In this document: one piece after another, positions 20,000-29,304 of the stretch
Numbering within the stretch: the first letter of the stretch is position 1
How the letters are laid out: each line of letters opens with the position of its first letter
Source: Acidimicrobiales bacterium
GTDB lineage: Bacteria; Actinomycetota; Acidimicrobiia; Acidimicrobiales; Acidimicrobilacustridaceae
NCBI GenBank assembly: GCA_044239895.1
Contig: JBIIAM010000001.1
Location: 478,401-542,400, forward strand
Direction of reading: 5' to 3'
DNA length: 64,000 nt
Notes under the pieces: model-generated
Databases searched by the model: none
What the model was told of the DNA's origin: nothing
Seen by the model: only the letters and a program-made list of their open reading frames with translations
Made by a program: the position numbers and the translations under genes

Positions 20000-20467
20000 A
20001 TGGCCGATGAGATTGCTGACAACGCAGAACTCGACGCGGTCGAGTTAATGATCGATGGATGGCTCGCTGAACAACTCGCTGACAATCCAGTTGTCGCAGC
20101 CGTCGAGCGCGGTGAACCGGGTGAGCGTCGCTGGTATGTCCGCGTGACGGGCGAAAGCAAAGACATCTTCACGATCTGGTTCACATTGCGTCAGCGTTCG
20201 CTCCACTTCGAGACGTACGTGATGCCGGCCCCGGAAGAGAACCCGACCGAGTTCTACGAACACCTGCTGCGTCGAAATCGAAAACTGCACGGTGTCACGT
20301 TCTGCATTGGCGATGAGGACGCGGTCTTCCTCGTCGGTGCCGTGCCGGTGCACTCAATTGACGAGGGAGAGCTCGATCGGATTCTCGGGTCGGTCTACGC
20401 CTATGTCGAAAAATGCTTCCTGCCCGCGCTGCGCATCGGCTTTGCGACGCGCTTCGCCGGACTCTGA
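20000..20467 (+). CDS. YbjN-like (putative sensory transduction / chaperone-like) domain protein
   Basis: 155 aa, acidic. The pattern ERRWYVRVTGESKD.FTIWF.L..RSLHFETYVMP resembles YbjN-family proteins commonly found next to mshA in actinobacteria. This is from my recollection of that context. Confidence 0.55.
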   Translation: MADEIADNAELDAVELMIDGWLAEQLADNPVVAAVERGEPGERRWYVRVTGESKDIFTIWFTLRQRSLHFETYVMPAPEENPTEFYEHLLRRNRKLHGVTFCIGDEDAVFLVGAVPVHSIDEGELDRILGSVYAYVEKCFLPALRIGFATRFAGL

Positions 20468-20616
20468 GTCCTTCGGACCCTTTCCGTACATCTGGTGGTT
20501 TTCCGGATCTTCCGCCCGTACCTTGACTCCCGTTCGGGCGGGCGGTGATCGGCACAGCCATCGGGGAAGTGGCCATGTCGACGCCGTACGCCCGAACGCC
20601 ATCGGCGGGTCGCCCG

Positions 20617-20664
20617 CAGTAAAACCGGAGCGCAGTAAAACCGGGGCTCAGTGAAACCGGAGCG
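20617..20664 (+). repeat. three tandem 16-nt direct repeats upstream of proC
   Basis: CAGTAAAACCGGAGCG / CAGTAAAACCGGGGCT / CAGTGAAACCGGAGCG occur at exact 16-nt period starting at 20617, 20633 and 20649. The array ends 20 nt before the proC start. Confidence 0.85.
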
Positions 20665-20683
20665 CGTTGAGTAGCGTCGGAAC

Positions 20684-21475
20684 ATGATTCGACTTCAGAT
20701 TGTCGGTGGCGGACGTATGGGTGAAGCCCTTCTTGGTGGGCTCGTCGCCGGAGGTTGGGCTGAACCCGCCGAACTCTGCGTCGTTGAGCGTCTGGCTGAA
20801 CGTCGTAGCGAACTCTCCCGACTGTTTCCGGGCGTTGCCGTCGTTGGCGAACTTGCCGAGGCCGAGGGTGCGGTTATCGCAGTCAAACCCAACGACGTTG
20901 CGTCGACGTGCGTCGATCTGGCCGCCACTGGCGTCACCCGTGTCCTGTCCATCGCCGCCGGGATCACGACCGACGCGCTGCGGGCATCGCTTGGGCCCGA
21001 CGTCGCTGTCGTGCGGGCCATGCCGAACACCCCATCGCTGGTCGGCGCGGGCGCCGCGGCCATCGCCGGCGCCGAGGGCACGAGCGAAGCCGATCTTGAC
21101 TGGGCATCATCCATCCTCGAAGCAGTCGGAATCGTTGTCCGTGTTGACGAAGACAAGATCGACGCGGTCACCGGGCTCTCTGGTTCGGGTCCGGCCTACG
21201 TGATGGTTCTCGCCGAGAGCCTGATCGAGGCGGGGGTTCTCGTTGGACTCCCTCATGAGGTTGCTGAGGTCCTTGCGGTGCAGACCCTTCTCGGCTCGGC
21301 ACAGTTGCTGCACAGCAGCGACGAAACCGCAGCGTCATTGCGGGCGGGCGTGACCTCCCCAGGCGGGACAACCGCAGCCGGCTTGCGGGCGCTTGAGAGC
21401 GGGGGAATGCGGGCCGCACTGATCGATGCGGTCGTTGCGGCGACCGAGCGCTCGAGGGAACTCGGTCGGGCCTGA
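20684..21475 (+). CDS. proC: pyrroline-5-carboxylate reductase
   Basis: Has an N-terminal Rossmann segment (IVGGGRMGEAL), then AVKPNDV, MPNTPSLVGAGA and GSGPAYV. Confidence 0.9.
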   Translation: MIRLQIVGGGRMGEALLGGLVAGGWAEPAELCVVERLAERRSELSRLFPGVAVVGELAEAEGAVIAVKPNDVASTCVDLAATGVTRVLSIAAGITTDALRASLGPDVAVVRAMPNTPSLVGAGAAAIAGAEGTSEADLDWASSILEAVGIVVRVDEDKIDAVTGLSGSGPAYVMVLAESLIEAGVLVGLPHEVAEVLAVQTLLGSAQLLHSSDETAASLRAGVTSPGGTTAAGLRALESGGMRAALIDAVVAATERSRELGRA

Positions 21476-21496
21476 CCCCGGTAGCCTTCGATCCTC

Positions 21497-22360
21497 ATGC
21501 CACTGCGTTACGACACCATCTCGTTCCTGTCCGATTACGGACTTACCGACGAATTCGTCGGAGTCGTGCATTCGGTCATTCGATCGATCGCACCCGAGGT
21601 CGCCGTGATCGACATCACGCACGGCATCAAGCCCTATGACGTGCGCGCCGGCGGATTAGCGCTTGCCCGCAGCGCGTCCTATCTCTGCCCCGGCGTCGTC
21701 GTAGCGGTGGTCGATCCAGTCGTGGGGACCGCTCGCCGAGCGATCGCCGTCGAGGTGGGCGACGGCATGTCGGTACTTGTTGGTCCCGACAACGGGATCC
21801 TCGCGGCGGCTGTCGCACTCTGTGGCGGTGCCACTCGCGCGGTGCAAATAACGAACCCGGATTACTGCCTCCCGGGCGATTCGACGACCTTCGACGGCCG
21901 CGACATCTTCGGCCCGGCCGCGGCACATCTCTGCCTCGGTGTTGATCTCGCGGATCTCGGCCCATCAATCGATCCGATCTCGCTGTTCCCCGCGATGATC
22001 CCGCTGACTCGCGAAGACGAGGGGCGTCTTCACGGGGAAGTGCTCTGGGTCGACCGCTACGGAAACGCTCAACTGAATGTCGATCCCGACGAACTTGTCG
22101 AGTTCGAAGAACACGTGCGGCTTGTCTTCGACGACGGATCGCGTACCGCGCGGCGCGTCTCGAACTTTGCCTCTGTCGATCAGAACGAAGTTGGACTGGT
22201 TGTCGACGCATACGGATTGCTCGCGATCGTTCTTGATCGTCGATCGGCCGCTGACGAACTCGGTCTCGTGGCCGGCTCGGCGGTCACCATTGAAGCTGTC
22301 GACGAAGACCGGATGCCCGGCACCGTGACCCCCGTCAATCTCAGCCCCCGTCGAACCTGA
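21497..22360 (+). CDS. SAM hydrolase / SAM-dependent halogenase family protein (DUF62)
   Basis: ISFLSDYGLTDEFVGVVHSVI..IAPEV.VIDITH and later DRYGN are characteristic of S-adenosyl-L-methionine hydroxide adenosyltransferase-type proteins. Confidence 0.8.
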   Translation: MPLRYDTISFLSDYGLTDEFVGVVHSVIRSIAPEVAVIDITHGIKPYDVRAGGLALARSASYLCPGVVVAVVDPVVGTARRAIAVEVGDGMSVLVGPDNGILAAAVALCGGATRAVQITNPDYCLPGDSTTFDGRDIFGPAAAHLCLGVDLADLGPSIDPISLFPAMIPLTREDEGRLHGEVLWVDRYGNAQLNVDPDELVEFEEHVRLVFDDGSRTARRVSNFASVDQNEVGLVVDAYGLLAIVLDRRSAADELGLVAGSAVTIEAVDEDRMPGTVTPVNLSPRRT

Positions 22361-22375
22361 TCAAACGGAGAAATC

Positions 22376-22465
22376 ATGCGCCCCGCAACTTCGCTCGCAG
22401 TCGGACTGCTCCTGCTGGTCATCCTCGGAGCTGCCGTGATGCAGCTCTTCGTGCTCGCCAAGTAA
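22376..22465 (+). CDS. candidate 29-aa hydrophobic micropeptide
   Basis: The ATG sits 6 nt after GGAG (acggagaaatcATG) and encodes MRPATSLAVGLLLLVILGAAVMQLFVLAK, a single TM helix. It is below the ORF-track size cutoff and I have no homology evidence. Confidence 0.3.
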   Translation: MRPATSLAVGLLLLVILGAAVMQLFVLAK

Positions 22466-22481
22466 CGGGCGTCTCTGCCGG

Positions 22482-23294
22482 TCAGGCCACCTCGGCGCGC
22501 GGAGCGTGCCACGCAACTGGTTCGGGCACGGCGCTCAGCGCGGAGCGCGGCCCCGAATTGGTGATCAGGAATCCCACGAAGATCACTGAGATCCCGGCAA
22601 CAAGCGACAGAGCGAAACCGTTCATCTCGTCGACCACCGAGTTGAGGAGTCCGCCGGCACTGAGCACGAGCGTCCCGAACGCGATGAAAAGATTGGCGAG
22701 AGCCAGCCGGGCGGGGGAGAGTCGGCCAGGTGCGACGGTATTGCGGCGCTGTCGGAAAAGACGCCATGCGCTCCACATCGCCCCACCGATGATGACGATT
22801 GCTGCAATACCGGATCCGAGTGCCGCCGCGATCCGCGGCCCGATGCCGAACACGACTTTTCCCTGCGGCAGCACATTGGGTTCGATCGTTCCCACAAGTG
22901 GCGCTTCGAGAACGATGCCGACACAAAATGCGCCGAGCAGCGAGACGATGGCGGTCCAACGTCGACCGTGGCGTTCGCCGGCAATGAGTTCGACGGTTCC
23001 GAGGGCAAGAAACGGAACGTTCAGAATGGCCCCGAAGAGATAGAAGGCCTTGAAGGACCATTCGTCCCATCCGATCGCCGCGCCGACCCACAGTGATGCC
23101 GAACCGGCGGCGAACAGCAGAAGTGACACGGTCCAAGCTGCCTCGTGCCGCCGACGGTTGGTAAGCCATCGTTCGAGGGTCGACAGGGCAAAGGCCAGCG
23201 AGATCATCGTGGCGGCCGCAGCCAGGGCCACATGCAAGGTCATGGCGACAGCGTAGGGCGGGTGGGCTCGTGACCGGGAAGCCGGGATCGCCAA
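22482..23294 (-). CDS. polytopic membrane protein, function unknown
   Basis: 270 aa with about 7 TM helices. Codon usage is consistent with its neighbours. The true start may be the internal MTLHVALAAA. Confidence 0.55.
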   Translation of the reverse strand: MAIPASRSRAHPPYAVAMTLHVALAAAATMISLAFALSTLERWLTNRRRHEAAWTVSLLLFAAGSASLWVGAAIGWDEWSFKAFYLFGAILNVPFLALGTVELIAGERHGRRWTAIVSLLGAFCVGIVLEAPLVGTIEPNVLPQGKVVFGIGPRIAAALGSGIAAIVIIGGAMWSAWRLFRQRRNTVAPGRLSPARLALANLFIAFGTLVLSAGGLLNSVVDEMNGFALSLVAGISVIFVGFLITNSGPRSALSAVPEPVAWHAPRAEVA

Positions 23295-23341
23295 ATGGGA
23301 GCGGAAATAGCGCGAATCGCGCCGACTTTGTGAATTAGGGA

Positions 23342-24064
23342 ATGGGATCGGTAGCGTTGCGATTCGTGGAACGCACCCGACGAAAAATCCCCGAAGCCAC
23401 CGTCGCGCGTCTTCCCGTCTATCTGCGTACCTTGCTTGAGCTCCAAGCCGACCAGACAGTCACGATCTCGTCGGAACGGCTCGCCGAAATGGCCGGGGTA
23501 AACGCAGCCAAAGTCCGCAAGGATCTCTCCTATCTCGGCTCCTATGGCACGAGAGGCGTCGGCTACGACGTGGAGTACCTCCTCTTCCAAATGAGCCGTG
23601 AACTCGGCCTGACGAACGACTGGCAGGTTGTCATCGTCGGCGTCGGCAATCTCGGTGCCGCCCTCGCTAATTACGGAGGGTTCGGTGAGCGTGGCTTTCC
23701 CGTGGGGGCGCTCGTCGATGCCGATCGAGCCAAGGTCGGTTTGCTCGTGGGTGGACACCGGATCCATCACCTCGACGATCTCGATCAACTCGTCGCCGAC
23801 CGCGCCATCGCCATTGGCGTCATTGCCACGCCGGCAATCGGGGCCCAAGAAGTCGCCGATCGGCTGGTGGCCGCCGGGATCACCTCGATCCTAAATTTCG
23901 CCCCCACGATGGTTTCCGTGCCTCCCGAGGTCTCGATCCGCAAGGTCGATCTCGCTTTGGAATTACAAATCCTGAGTTTCTATCGCCAGCGCGATGCCGC
24001 GGGAGAGGGCCTCGAGGTCGACGATGACCTCGTTGCGCTCCGCTCTCCAAGATCGGAGAACTGA
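23342..24064 (+). CDS. rex: redox-sensing transcriptional repressor Rex
   Basis: A winged-helix N-terminus (IPEATVARLPVYLRTL, RKDLSYLGSYGTRGVGY) is followed by an NADH Rossmann fold (VVIVGVGNLGAALANY). Confidence 0.9.
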   Translation: MGSVALRFVERTRRKIPEATVARLPVYLRTLLELQADQTVTISSERLAEMAGVNAAKVRKDLSYLGSYGTRGVGYDVEYLLFQMSRELGLTNDWQVVIVGVGNLGAALANYGGFGERGFPVGALVDADRAKVGLLVGGHRIHHLDDLDQLVADRAIAIGVIATPAIGAQEVADRLVAAGITSILNFAPTMVSVPPEVSIRKVDLALELQILSFYRQRDAAGEGLEVDDDLVALRSPRSEN

Positions 24065-24066
24065 TC

Positions 24067-24702
24067 ATGCCGGTCGAAGGGATGCTCTATCCCGTGAACC
24101 TTGTGCTCGCCGAGCGCCGTTGTCTCGTAGTCGGTGGGGGGCCAGTCGCCGTTCAGAAAGCGGCCGAGCTGGTTGTGTGTGGCGCCGAGGTCCACGTTGT
24201 TGCCCCGGCGATGTGTCCGGAAATGGACAATCTCGATGGGGTCATCCGTCACAATCGACCCTACGAAGCCGGCGAAGTAGCCGATTATCGACTCGCGATC
24301 ACCGCCACAGATGACCCGAATGTGAACCGCCAGGTCTTCGAAGAAGGAGAGGCTGCCGGCGTATGGGTCAACAGCGCCGATGATCCGAAAAATTGCGCGT
24401 TCACGCTGCCATCACGTGTTCGACAAGGGCCTATCCTCCTGACATTCGCCACGGGTGGGCATTCCCCGGCCATGGCGACCTGGTTCAGACGCCGATTCTC
24501 GGCCGAAATTGGACCGGAGTATCTCGCTCTGATGGAAGTGCTGTCAGAGGAACGCACCCGGCTGCAGGAGGCCGGAATCTCGACCGAGGGCCTTAACTGG
24601 CAAGGAGCGCTCGATTCGGGAATGCTGGAACTCATCCGCGAGGGTCGCCTCGCCGAAGCTAAGGAGCGCCTCCAGGCGTGTCTGTCGTCGTCATTGGACT
24701 GA
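24067..24702 (+). CDS. precorrin-2 dehydrogenase / sirohydrochlorin ferrochelatase (siroheme synthase N-terminal type)
   Basis: YPVNLVLAERRCLVVGGGPVAVQKA is the typical CysG-N/SirC Rossmann start. The gene lies directly upstream of hemA. Confidence 0.8.
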   Translation: MPVEGMLYPVNLVLAERRCLVVGGGPVAVQKAAELVVCGAEVHVVAPAMCPEMDNLDGVIRHNRPYEAGEVADYRLAITATDDPNVNRQVFEEGEAAGVWVNSADDPKNCAFTLPSRVRQGPILLTFATGGHSPAMATWFRRRFSAEIGPEYLALMEVLSEERTRLQEAGISTEGLNWQGALDSGMLELIREGRLAEAKERLQACLSSSLD

Positions 24703-25937
24703 ACCATCGCACGGTCCCCCTCTCACTTCTCGAGAGGGTCACCATCGACGGCGCCCGCTTGCCAAAGGCGCTGCATGACGTCATGTCGCAGGTGCACGTC
24801 AGCGAAGCTGTTGTCCTCTCGACGTGTAACCGCACCGAGGTCTACGTCGTCGCCGAGAAGTTCCATCCGGCCTACGCCGATCTGCGCACGTTCTTCTCCG
24901 AATTGGCATTCGTTCCGCCTGAGGATCTTGCCGATCATCTTTACGTTCACGATGCCGACTCCGCCGCCGGACACCTGTTCCGCGTGGCATCGGGTATCGA
25001 CTCCGCCGTTGTCGGCGAGGCCGAGATTCTCGGTCAGGTACGCGTCGCATGGGAGCGGGCCCAAGAGGAAGGCACGGCGGGATCACAACTCAATCTGTTG
25101 TTCCGTCATGCACTCGAAGTCGGCAAGCGCGCCCGCACTGAAACCGGAATCGGCCGACATGTGGCGTCGGTATCTAGTGCCGCTGTCGCCATGGCCGCCG
25201 AACGCCTCGGATCGCTCGATGGTCGCAGCATCCTTGTCGTCGGTGCCGGCGAGATGGGCGAAGGCATGGTTCGTGCTCTCGCCTCCAATGGCGTCACCGA
25301 CATCCGCATCGCGAATCGCACATGGGAGAACGCGGCGGAACTCGCCGAACGTCTCGGAGGCCGGGCCATCAGGCTCGCTGATCTCGATGCGTCTCTCAGC
25401 GAGGTCGACCTGCTGCTCACCGGCACGGGTGCGTCCTCGATGATCATTGAATATTCCGATCTCGCCCGCGTGATGGCGAACCGCAACGGCCGCGAGATTC
25501 TCGTCGTCGATGTGGCGGTTCCCCGCGACGTTGATCCATCGGCCGGAGAGATCCCTGGCGTCACGATTCTCGACATGGACGATCTGCGATCATTCGCCGA
25601 AGCGGGTCAGGCCGAACGTCGCCGTGAAGTTGTTCTCGTGCAGGAAATGGTCGACAGCGAGATCGAACGCTTCGTGTCCATCAGTACCGCTCGCGAGGTT
25701 GCGCCCCTTGTTGCGCTCCTGCATGAGCGCGCCGAGGAAATTCGGGCGTCGGAGCTTGAACGCTTTGCTTCGAAATTCGCTGATCTCGACGAGCGCCAGC
25801 TCGAAGCAATCGATGCGCTCACTCACGGCATCGTCGCCAAACTTCTCCACCGTCCAACAGTCGGTCTGAAGGACGCCGCCGGCACGCCCAAGGGCGAGCG
25901 CCTGGCGGAGGCATTGCGCGATCTGTTCGAGCTCTAG
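24678..25937 (+). CDS. hemA: glutamyl-tRNA reductase
   Basis: Shows VIGLNHRTVPLSLLE, the catalytic-Cys context LSTCNRTEVY, and the NADPH site VVGAGEMGE. Confidence 0.9.
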   Translation: MSVVVIGLNHRTVPLSLLERVTIDGARLPKALHDVMSQVHVSEAVVLSTCNRTEVYVVAEKFHPAYADLRTFFSELAFVPPEDLADHLYVHDADSAAGHLFRVASGIDSAVVGEAEILGQVRVAWERAQEEGTAGSQLNLLFRHALEVGKRARTETGIGRHVASVSSAAVAMAAERLGSLDGRSILVVGAGEMGEGMVRALASNGVTDIRIANRTWENAAELAERLGGRAIRLADLDASLSEVDLLLTGTGASSMIIEYSDLARVMANRNGREILVVDVAVPRDVDPSAGEIPGVTILDMDDLRSFAEAGQAERRREVVLVQEMVDSEIERFVSISTAREVAPLVALLHERAEEIRASELERFASKFADLDERQLEAIDALTHGIVAKLLHRPTVGLKDAAGTPKGERLAEALRDLFEL

Positions 25938-25947
25938 CGGTCACCGG

Positions 25948-26880
25948 GTGCCAGCTTCCGATTCAGTTCACATCCGGGCCGCCACCCGCGGAAGTGCCCT
26001 CGCCCTGTGGCAGACCGATCATGTCGCCGAATTGCTGGCGCGAGCAGCGGCGTCGACGGGCATCTCGCTCACGTTCGAACGTGTTGTTGTTGAGACGGTC
26101 GCCGATGCGCGCCTCGACATCCCGATCTGGGAAATGGGTGGCAAGGGCGTCTTCGTCAAGGAGATCCAAGCTGCGGTGCTTGATGGTCGTGCCGATATCG
26201 CCGTCCATTCGGGAAAGGACCTCCCGGCCCGAACCCCCGACGAACTCGTGCTTGCTGCCGTCCCCGAGCGTGCCGATCCGCGCGACGTTCTGATCGGTTC
26301 GACACTCGCGGGCCTTCGCCAAGGCGCAACGGTTGCTTCCGGTTCAGTGCGTCGCCGCGCGCAGTTGGCGGCATTGCGTCCCGATCTCGTGTTCGAAGGG
26401 TTGCGCGGGAACATCGCGAAGCGACTCGAGAAGTCATTCGATTTCGACGCAATCGTGATGGCAGTAGCTGCTATCGACCGTCTTGGTCTCGATCTCTCGG
26501 ATCGAGTGGTCGAGATTCTCGAACCCGAGATAATGCTCCCGCAGGTCGCGCAGGGCGCCTTGGCCGTCGAATGTTTGGTTTCCGACGATGCAATTCGTAA
26601 CCTGCTTGCGATGATTGAACATGCACCCAGTCGCCTCGCCGTCGACGCCGAGCGCGCCTTTCTGGATGAACTCGGTGGCGATTGCAACCTTCCGGCCGGA
26701 GCGTTCGCGACTGTGGATGCAAGCATGATGACCATCGAGGGACTCCTTGCATCTTTCGACGGTCAGACGGTGATTCGCGACCGGCGCGTCGTCGACGTTG
26801 CCGATGGCACAGCAACCGGTCGCTCGATCGCCCGACATCTGCTCGACGATCTCGGCGGATCAGCGCTCCTCGATCGGTGA
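25948..26880 (+). CDS. hemC: hydroxymethylbilane synthase (porphobilinogen deaminase)
   Basis: Shows IRAATRGSALALWQT, GGKGVFVKEI, AVHSGKDLP, LRGNI..RL and the cofactor Cys context GGDCNLPAGA. Confidence 0.9.
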   Translation: MPASDSVHIRAATRGSALALWQTDHVAELLARAAASTGISLTFERVVVETVADARLDIPIWEMGGKGVFVKEIQAAVLDGRADIAVHSGKDLPARTPDELVLAAVPERADPRDVLIGSTLAGLRQGATVASGSVRRRAQLAALRPDLVFEGLRGNIAKRLEKSFDFDAIVMAVAAIDRLGLDLSDRVVEILEPEIMLPQVAQGALAVECLVSDDAIRNLLAMIEHAPSRLAVDAERAFLDELGGDCNLPAGAFATVDASMMTIEGLLASFDGQTVIRDRRVVDVADGTATGRSIARHLLDDLGGSALLDR

Positions 26881-26904
26881 GCACTTGCATGCCGGGGCGA
26901 TCTG

Positions 26905-27555
26905 ATGCCTGATCAACACGGTCTCTCCGATGAATCGGGCGAGGAACGCGAAGTTGGGGTCGGGCCCCATCCCTTGCCTTGGCCTGAAGATCCTCGACTA
27001 GATCCGGAATTGCTCCGCGATGGCGATCGACGGAACGTGCTCGACGGCTATCGGTACTGGAGCAACGAGGCGATTGTCGCGGAGCTCGACACTCGTCGAC
27101 ACGGTTTTCACGTAGCCATCGAGAACTGGCAGCACGATCTCAACATCGGAACAGTCGTTCGCACGGCGAATGCGTTCAACACTGCCGGAGTTCACATTGT
27201 CGGGAAGAAGCGCTGGAACAAGCGCGGCGCGATGGTCACCGATCGTTATCTCCACGTGCAGCACCATCCGGAACTTGCAGATCTGATTGCCTGGGCGGCC
27301 GCCAACGGCATGTCGATCGTTGGGATCGACATCGTTCCCGGTTCGGTTCCGCTTGAAACGGCGACCTTGCCGCAACGATGCCTGTTCCTGTTCGGCCAGG
27401 AAGGTCCCGGACTTTCCGAAGAAGCCTGCGCGGCGTCGTCGATGGTGTGCTCGATCGCCCAGTTCGGTTCAACGCGTTCGATCAATGTCGGGGTAGCCGC
27501 GGGGATAGCGATGCACGCGTGGGTCCGTCAGTACGCGTCCGATCTCCCCTCCTGA
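26905..27555 (+). CDS. TrmH/SpoU-family RNA 2'-O-methyltransferase
   Basis: Shows the SPOUT motifs NIGTVVRTANAF, LFGQEGPGLS and SINVGVAAGIAM. Confidence 0.8.
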   Translation: MPDQHGLSDESGEEREVGVGPHPLPWPEDPRLDPELLRDGDRRNVLDGYRYWSNEAIVAELDTRRHGFHVAIENWQHDLNIGTVVRTANAFNTAGVHIVGKKRWNKRGAMVTDRYLHVQHHPELADLIAWAAANGMSIVGIDIVPGSVPLETATLPQRCLFLFGQEGPGLSEEACAASSMVCSIAQFGSTRSINVGVAAGIAMHAWVRQYASDLPS

Positions 27556-27579
27556 GCTGACGTCCCTTACCCTGCGTTC

Positions 27580-29073
27580 GTGGACACCGTCTGGATTCTC
27601 GGCGACCAGCTGAATCGCAATGTAGGCGCTCTGCGTGGGCTTGCTCCGGGCGATGTGCGAGTTCTCATGATCGAAAGCGCGACCAAGCTGGCGAACGGTC
27701 GGTGGCATCGCCAGCGAGCACATCTGGTGCTGGCCTCGATGAGACGTTTCGCCGCCGAACTGCGCGCCGAGGGCTTCGAAGTTGACTATCGAACAACGTC
27801 TTCGATGCCGGGGGGGCTCGACGACCATCGTCGGGAGTTTGCGCCTGAACGAGTTCGTGCCATGAGCCCGATGTCGTGGGATGCGGTCGAAATGCTGACT
27901 GCACGCGGAGTCGAACTTTCTCCGAACGAACAGTTCCTTTGCTCGGCTTCAGAGTTCGCCGCATGGGCCGACGGGAAGAAATCACTCAAGATGGAGGACT
28001 TCTACCGATGGCAGCGTCGGCGTCTTGATGTCCTGATGGACGGCTCCGAACCGGTCACCGGCCGCTGGAACTTCGATGCCGATAACCGCGAGCCTCCGCC
28101 CAAAGATGGAAGGGACTGGCCGGCTCCTATCGTCGACGAACTTGATGTCCTCGACGCGCAGGTCGCGGCCGACATTGAGCAACTGTGTCCTGACGCGTTC
28201 GGCGAACTAGCGAGTGGGCTGTGGGCGACATCGCGCGTTGGGGCGCTGGCCCGCCTTGATCAGTTCATCGACGACGTCCTTCCGCTCTTCGGCCCCCATG
28301 AAGACTCGATGCTGCGCTCGGAGTGGAAGCTGGCCCACTCCGCTCTGAGCCCGTATCTCAACCTCGGCCTGCTGCATCCGGGCGAGGTGATCGAAGCAGC
28401 CGAAGCCGCGTATCGAACGGGTCGAGTTCCGATTGCATCTGCCGAGGGTTTCATCCGACAGATCATCGGATGGCGTGAATACGTCTGGGGCCTCTATTGG
28501 TTGTGGATGCCGGAGTACGGAGAACTGAACGCCCTCGATGCCGATCAGGTGCTGCCCCCTGCATTTGAAGGCGCACCGACACAGATGGCTTGCGTTTCAC
28601 ACACTGTCGCCGGGATCGACAAGCGCGGATGGAGCCATCACATCGAACGACTGATGATCCTCGGCAATTTGTCACTCACCGCAGGAGTTCGGCCGCAAGC
28701 AGTCGTGGACTGGATGTGGAAGTCGTTTGTGGATGGTGCCGAATGGGTGATGGTCCCGAACGTCATCGGCATGGCGCTTTTCGCTGATGGTGGCCGCATG
28801 GCAACGAAGCCATATGCCTCCGGAGGCGCGTATATCAAGCGCATGAGTGACCATTGCAAAGGTTGCGCGTTCGATCCGACAAAACGGGTGGGTGAAACTG
28901 CGTGCCCGTTCACGACGCTTTATTGGGACTTTCTCGCACGGAACGAAGAGGTTCTGCGATCTAACCATCGGCTCGGAAACCAACTGGGATCGATGCGTAA
29001 GCTTTCGGACCTCGACATGGTTCGTGAGAGAGCGACTGAAATCCGCTCACGACTCTCCAGCGGCGACCTTTGA
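27580..29073 (+). CDS. cryptochrome/photolyase-family protein (photolyase-related, FeS-BCP/CryB-like class)
   Basis: 497 aa. The N-terminus MDTVWILGDQL and the C-terminal Cys cluster (C.GC.F....R.GE.ACPF) fit the COG3046-type photolyase-related proteins. The assignment is by pattern recollection only. Confidence 0.7.
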   Translation: MDTVWILGDQLNRNVGALRGLAPGDVRVLMIESATKLANGRWHRQRAHLVLASMRRFAAELRAEGFEVDYRTTSSMPGGLDDHRREFAPERVRAMSPMSWDAVEMLTARGVELSPNEQFLCSASEFAAWADGKKSLKMEDFYRWQRRRLDVLMDGSEPVTGRWNFDADNREPPPKDGRDWPAPIVDELDVLDAQVAADIEQLCPDAFGELASGLWATSRVGALARLDQFIDDVLPLFGPHEDSMLRSEWKLAHSALSPYLNLGLLHPGEVIEAAEAAYRTGRVPIASAEGFIRQIIGWREYVWGLYWLWMPEYGELNALDADQVLPPAFEGAPTQMACVSHTVAGIDKRGWSHHIERLMILGNLSLTAGVRPQAVVDWMWKSFVDGAEWVMVPNVIGMALFADGGRMATKPYASGGAYIKRMSDHCKGCAFDPTKRVGETACPFTTLYWDFLARNEEVLRSNHRLGNQLGSMRKLSDLDMVRERATEIRSRLSSGDL

Positions 29074-29097
29074 CCGCTGTATTTCGAAGATCGACGT

Positions 29098-29304
29098 TTA
29101 GGCGACCGCGACGACTTCGTAACCGGCTTCGTCGACGGCAGCGCGCACAGCAGCTTCGGTGATGTCACCTACGACGAGAACGGTCTTGGCGTCGATGTCG
29201 ACACTTACTGAGTCGACATCGGCCATCGGGGAGATCTCTCCCTCGATGGCGGACTTGCAGTGACCACAGGAAATGCCGGGAACGGAATAGGTGCGCGTTG
29301 TCAT
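29098..29304 (-). CDS. copZ: heavy-metal-associated copper chaperone
   Basis: 68 aa with an HMA fold and the GISCGHC metal site. It overlaps the copA stop by 4 nt. Confidence 0.85.
   Translation of the reverse strand: MTTRTYSVPGISCGHCKSAIEGEISPMADVDSVSVDIDAKTVLVVGDITEAAVRAAVDEAGYEVVAVA

Noticed and set aside
23328-23334. A Rex operator upstream of rex (TTGTGAA half-site).
   Set aside because: Only one half of the TTGTGAA-N4-TTCACAA consensus is present, and the expected partner position reads GGGAATGG. It is too weak to call.
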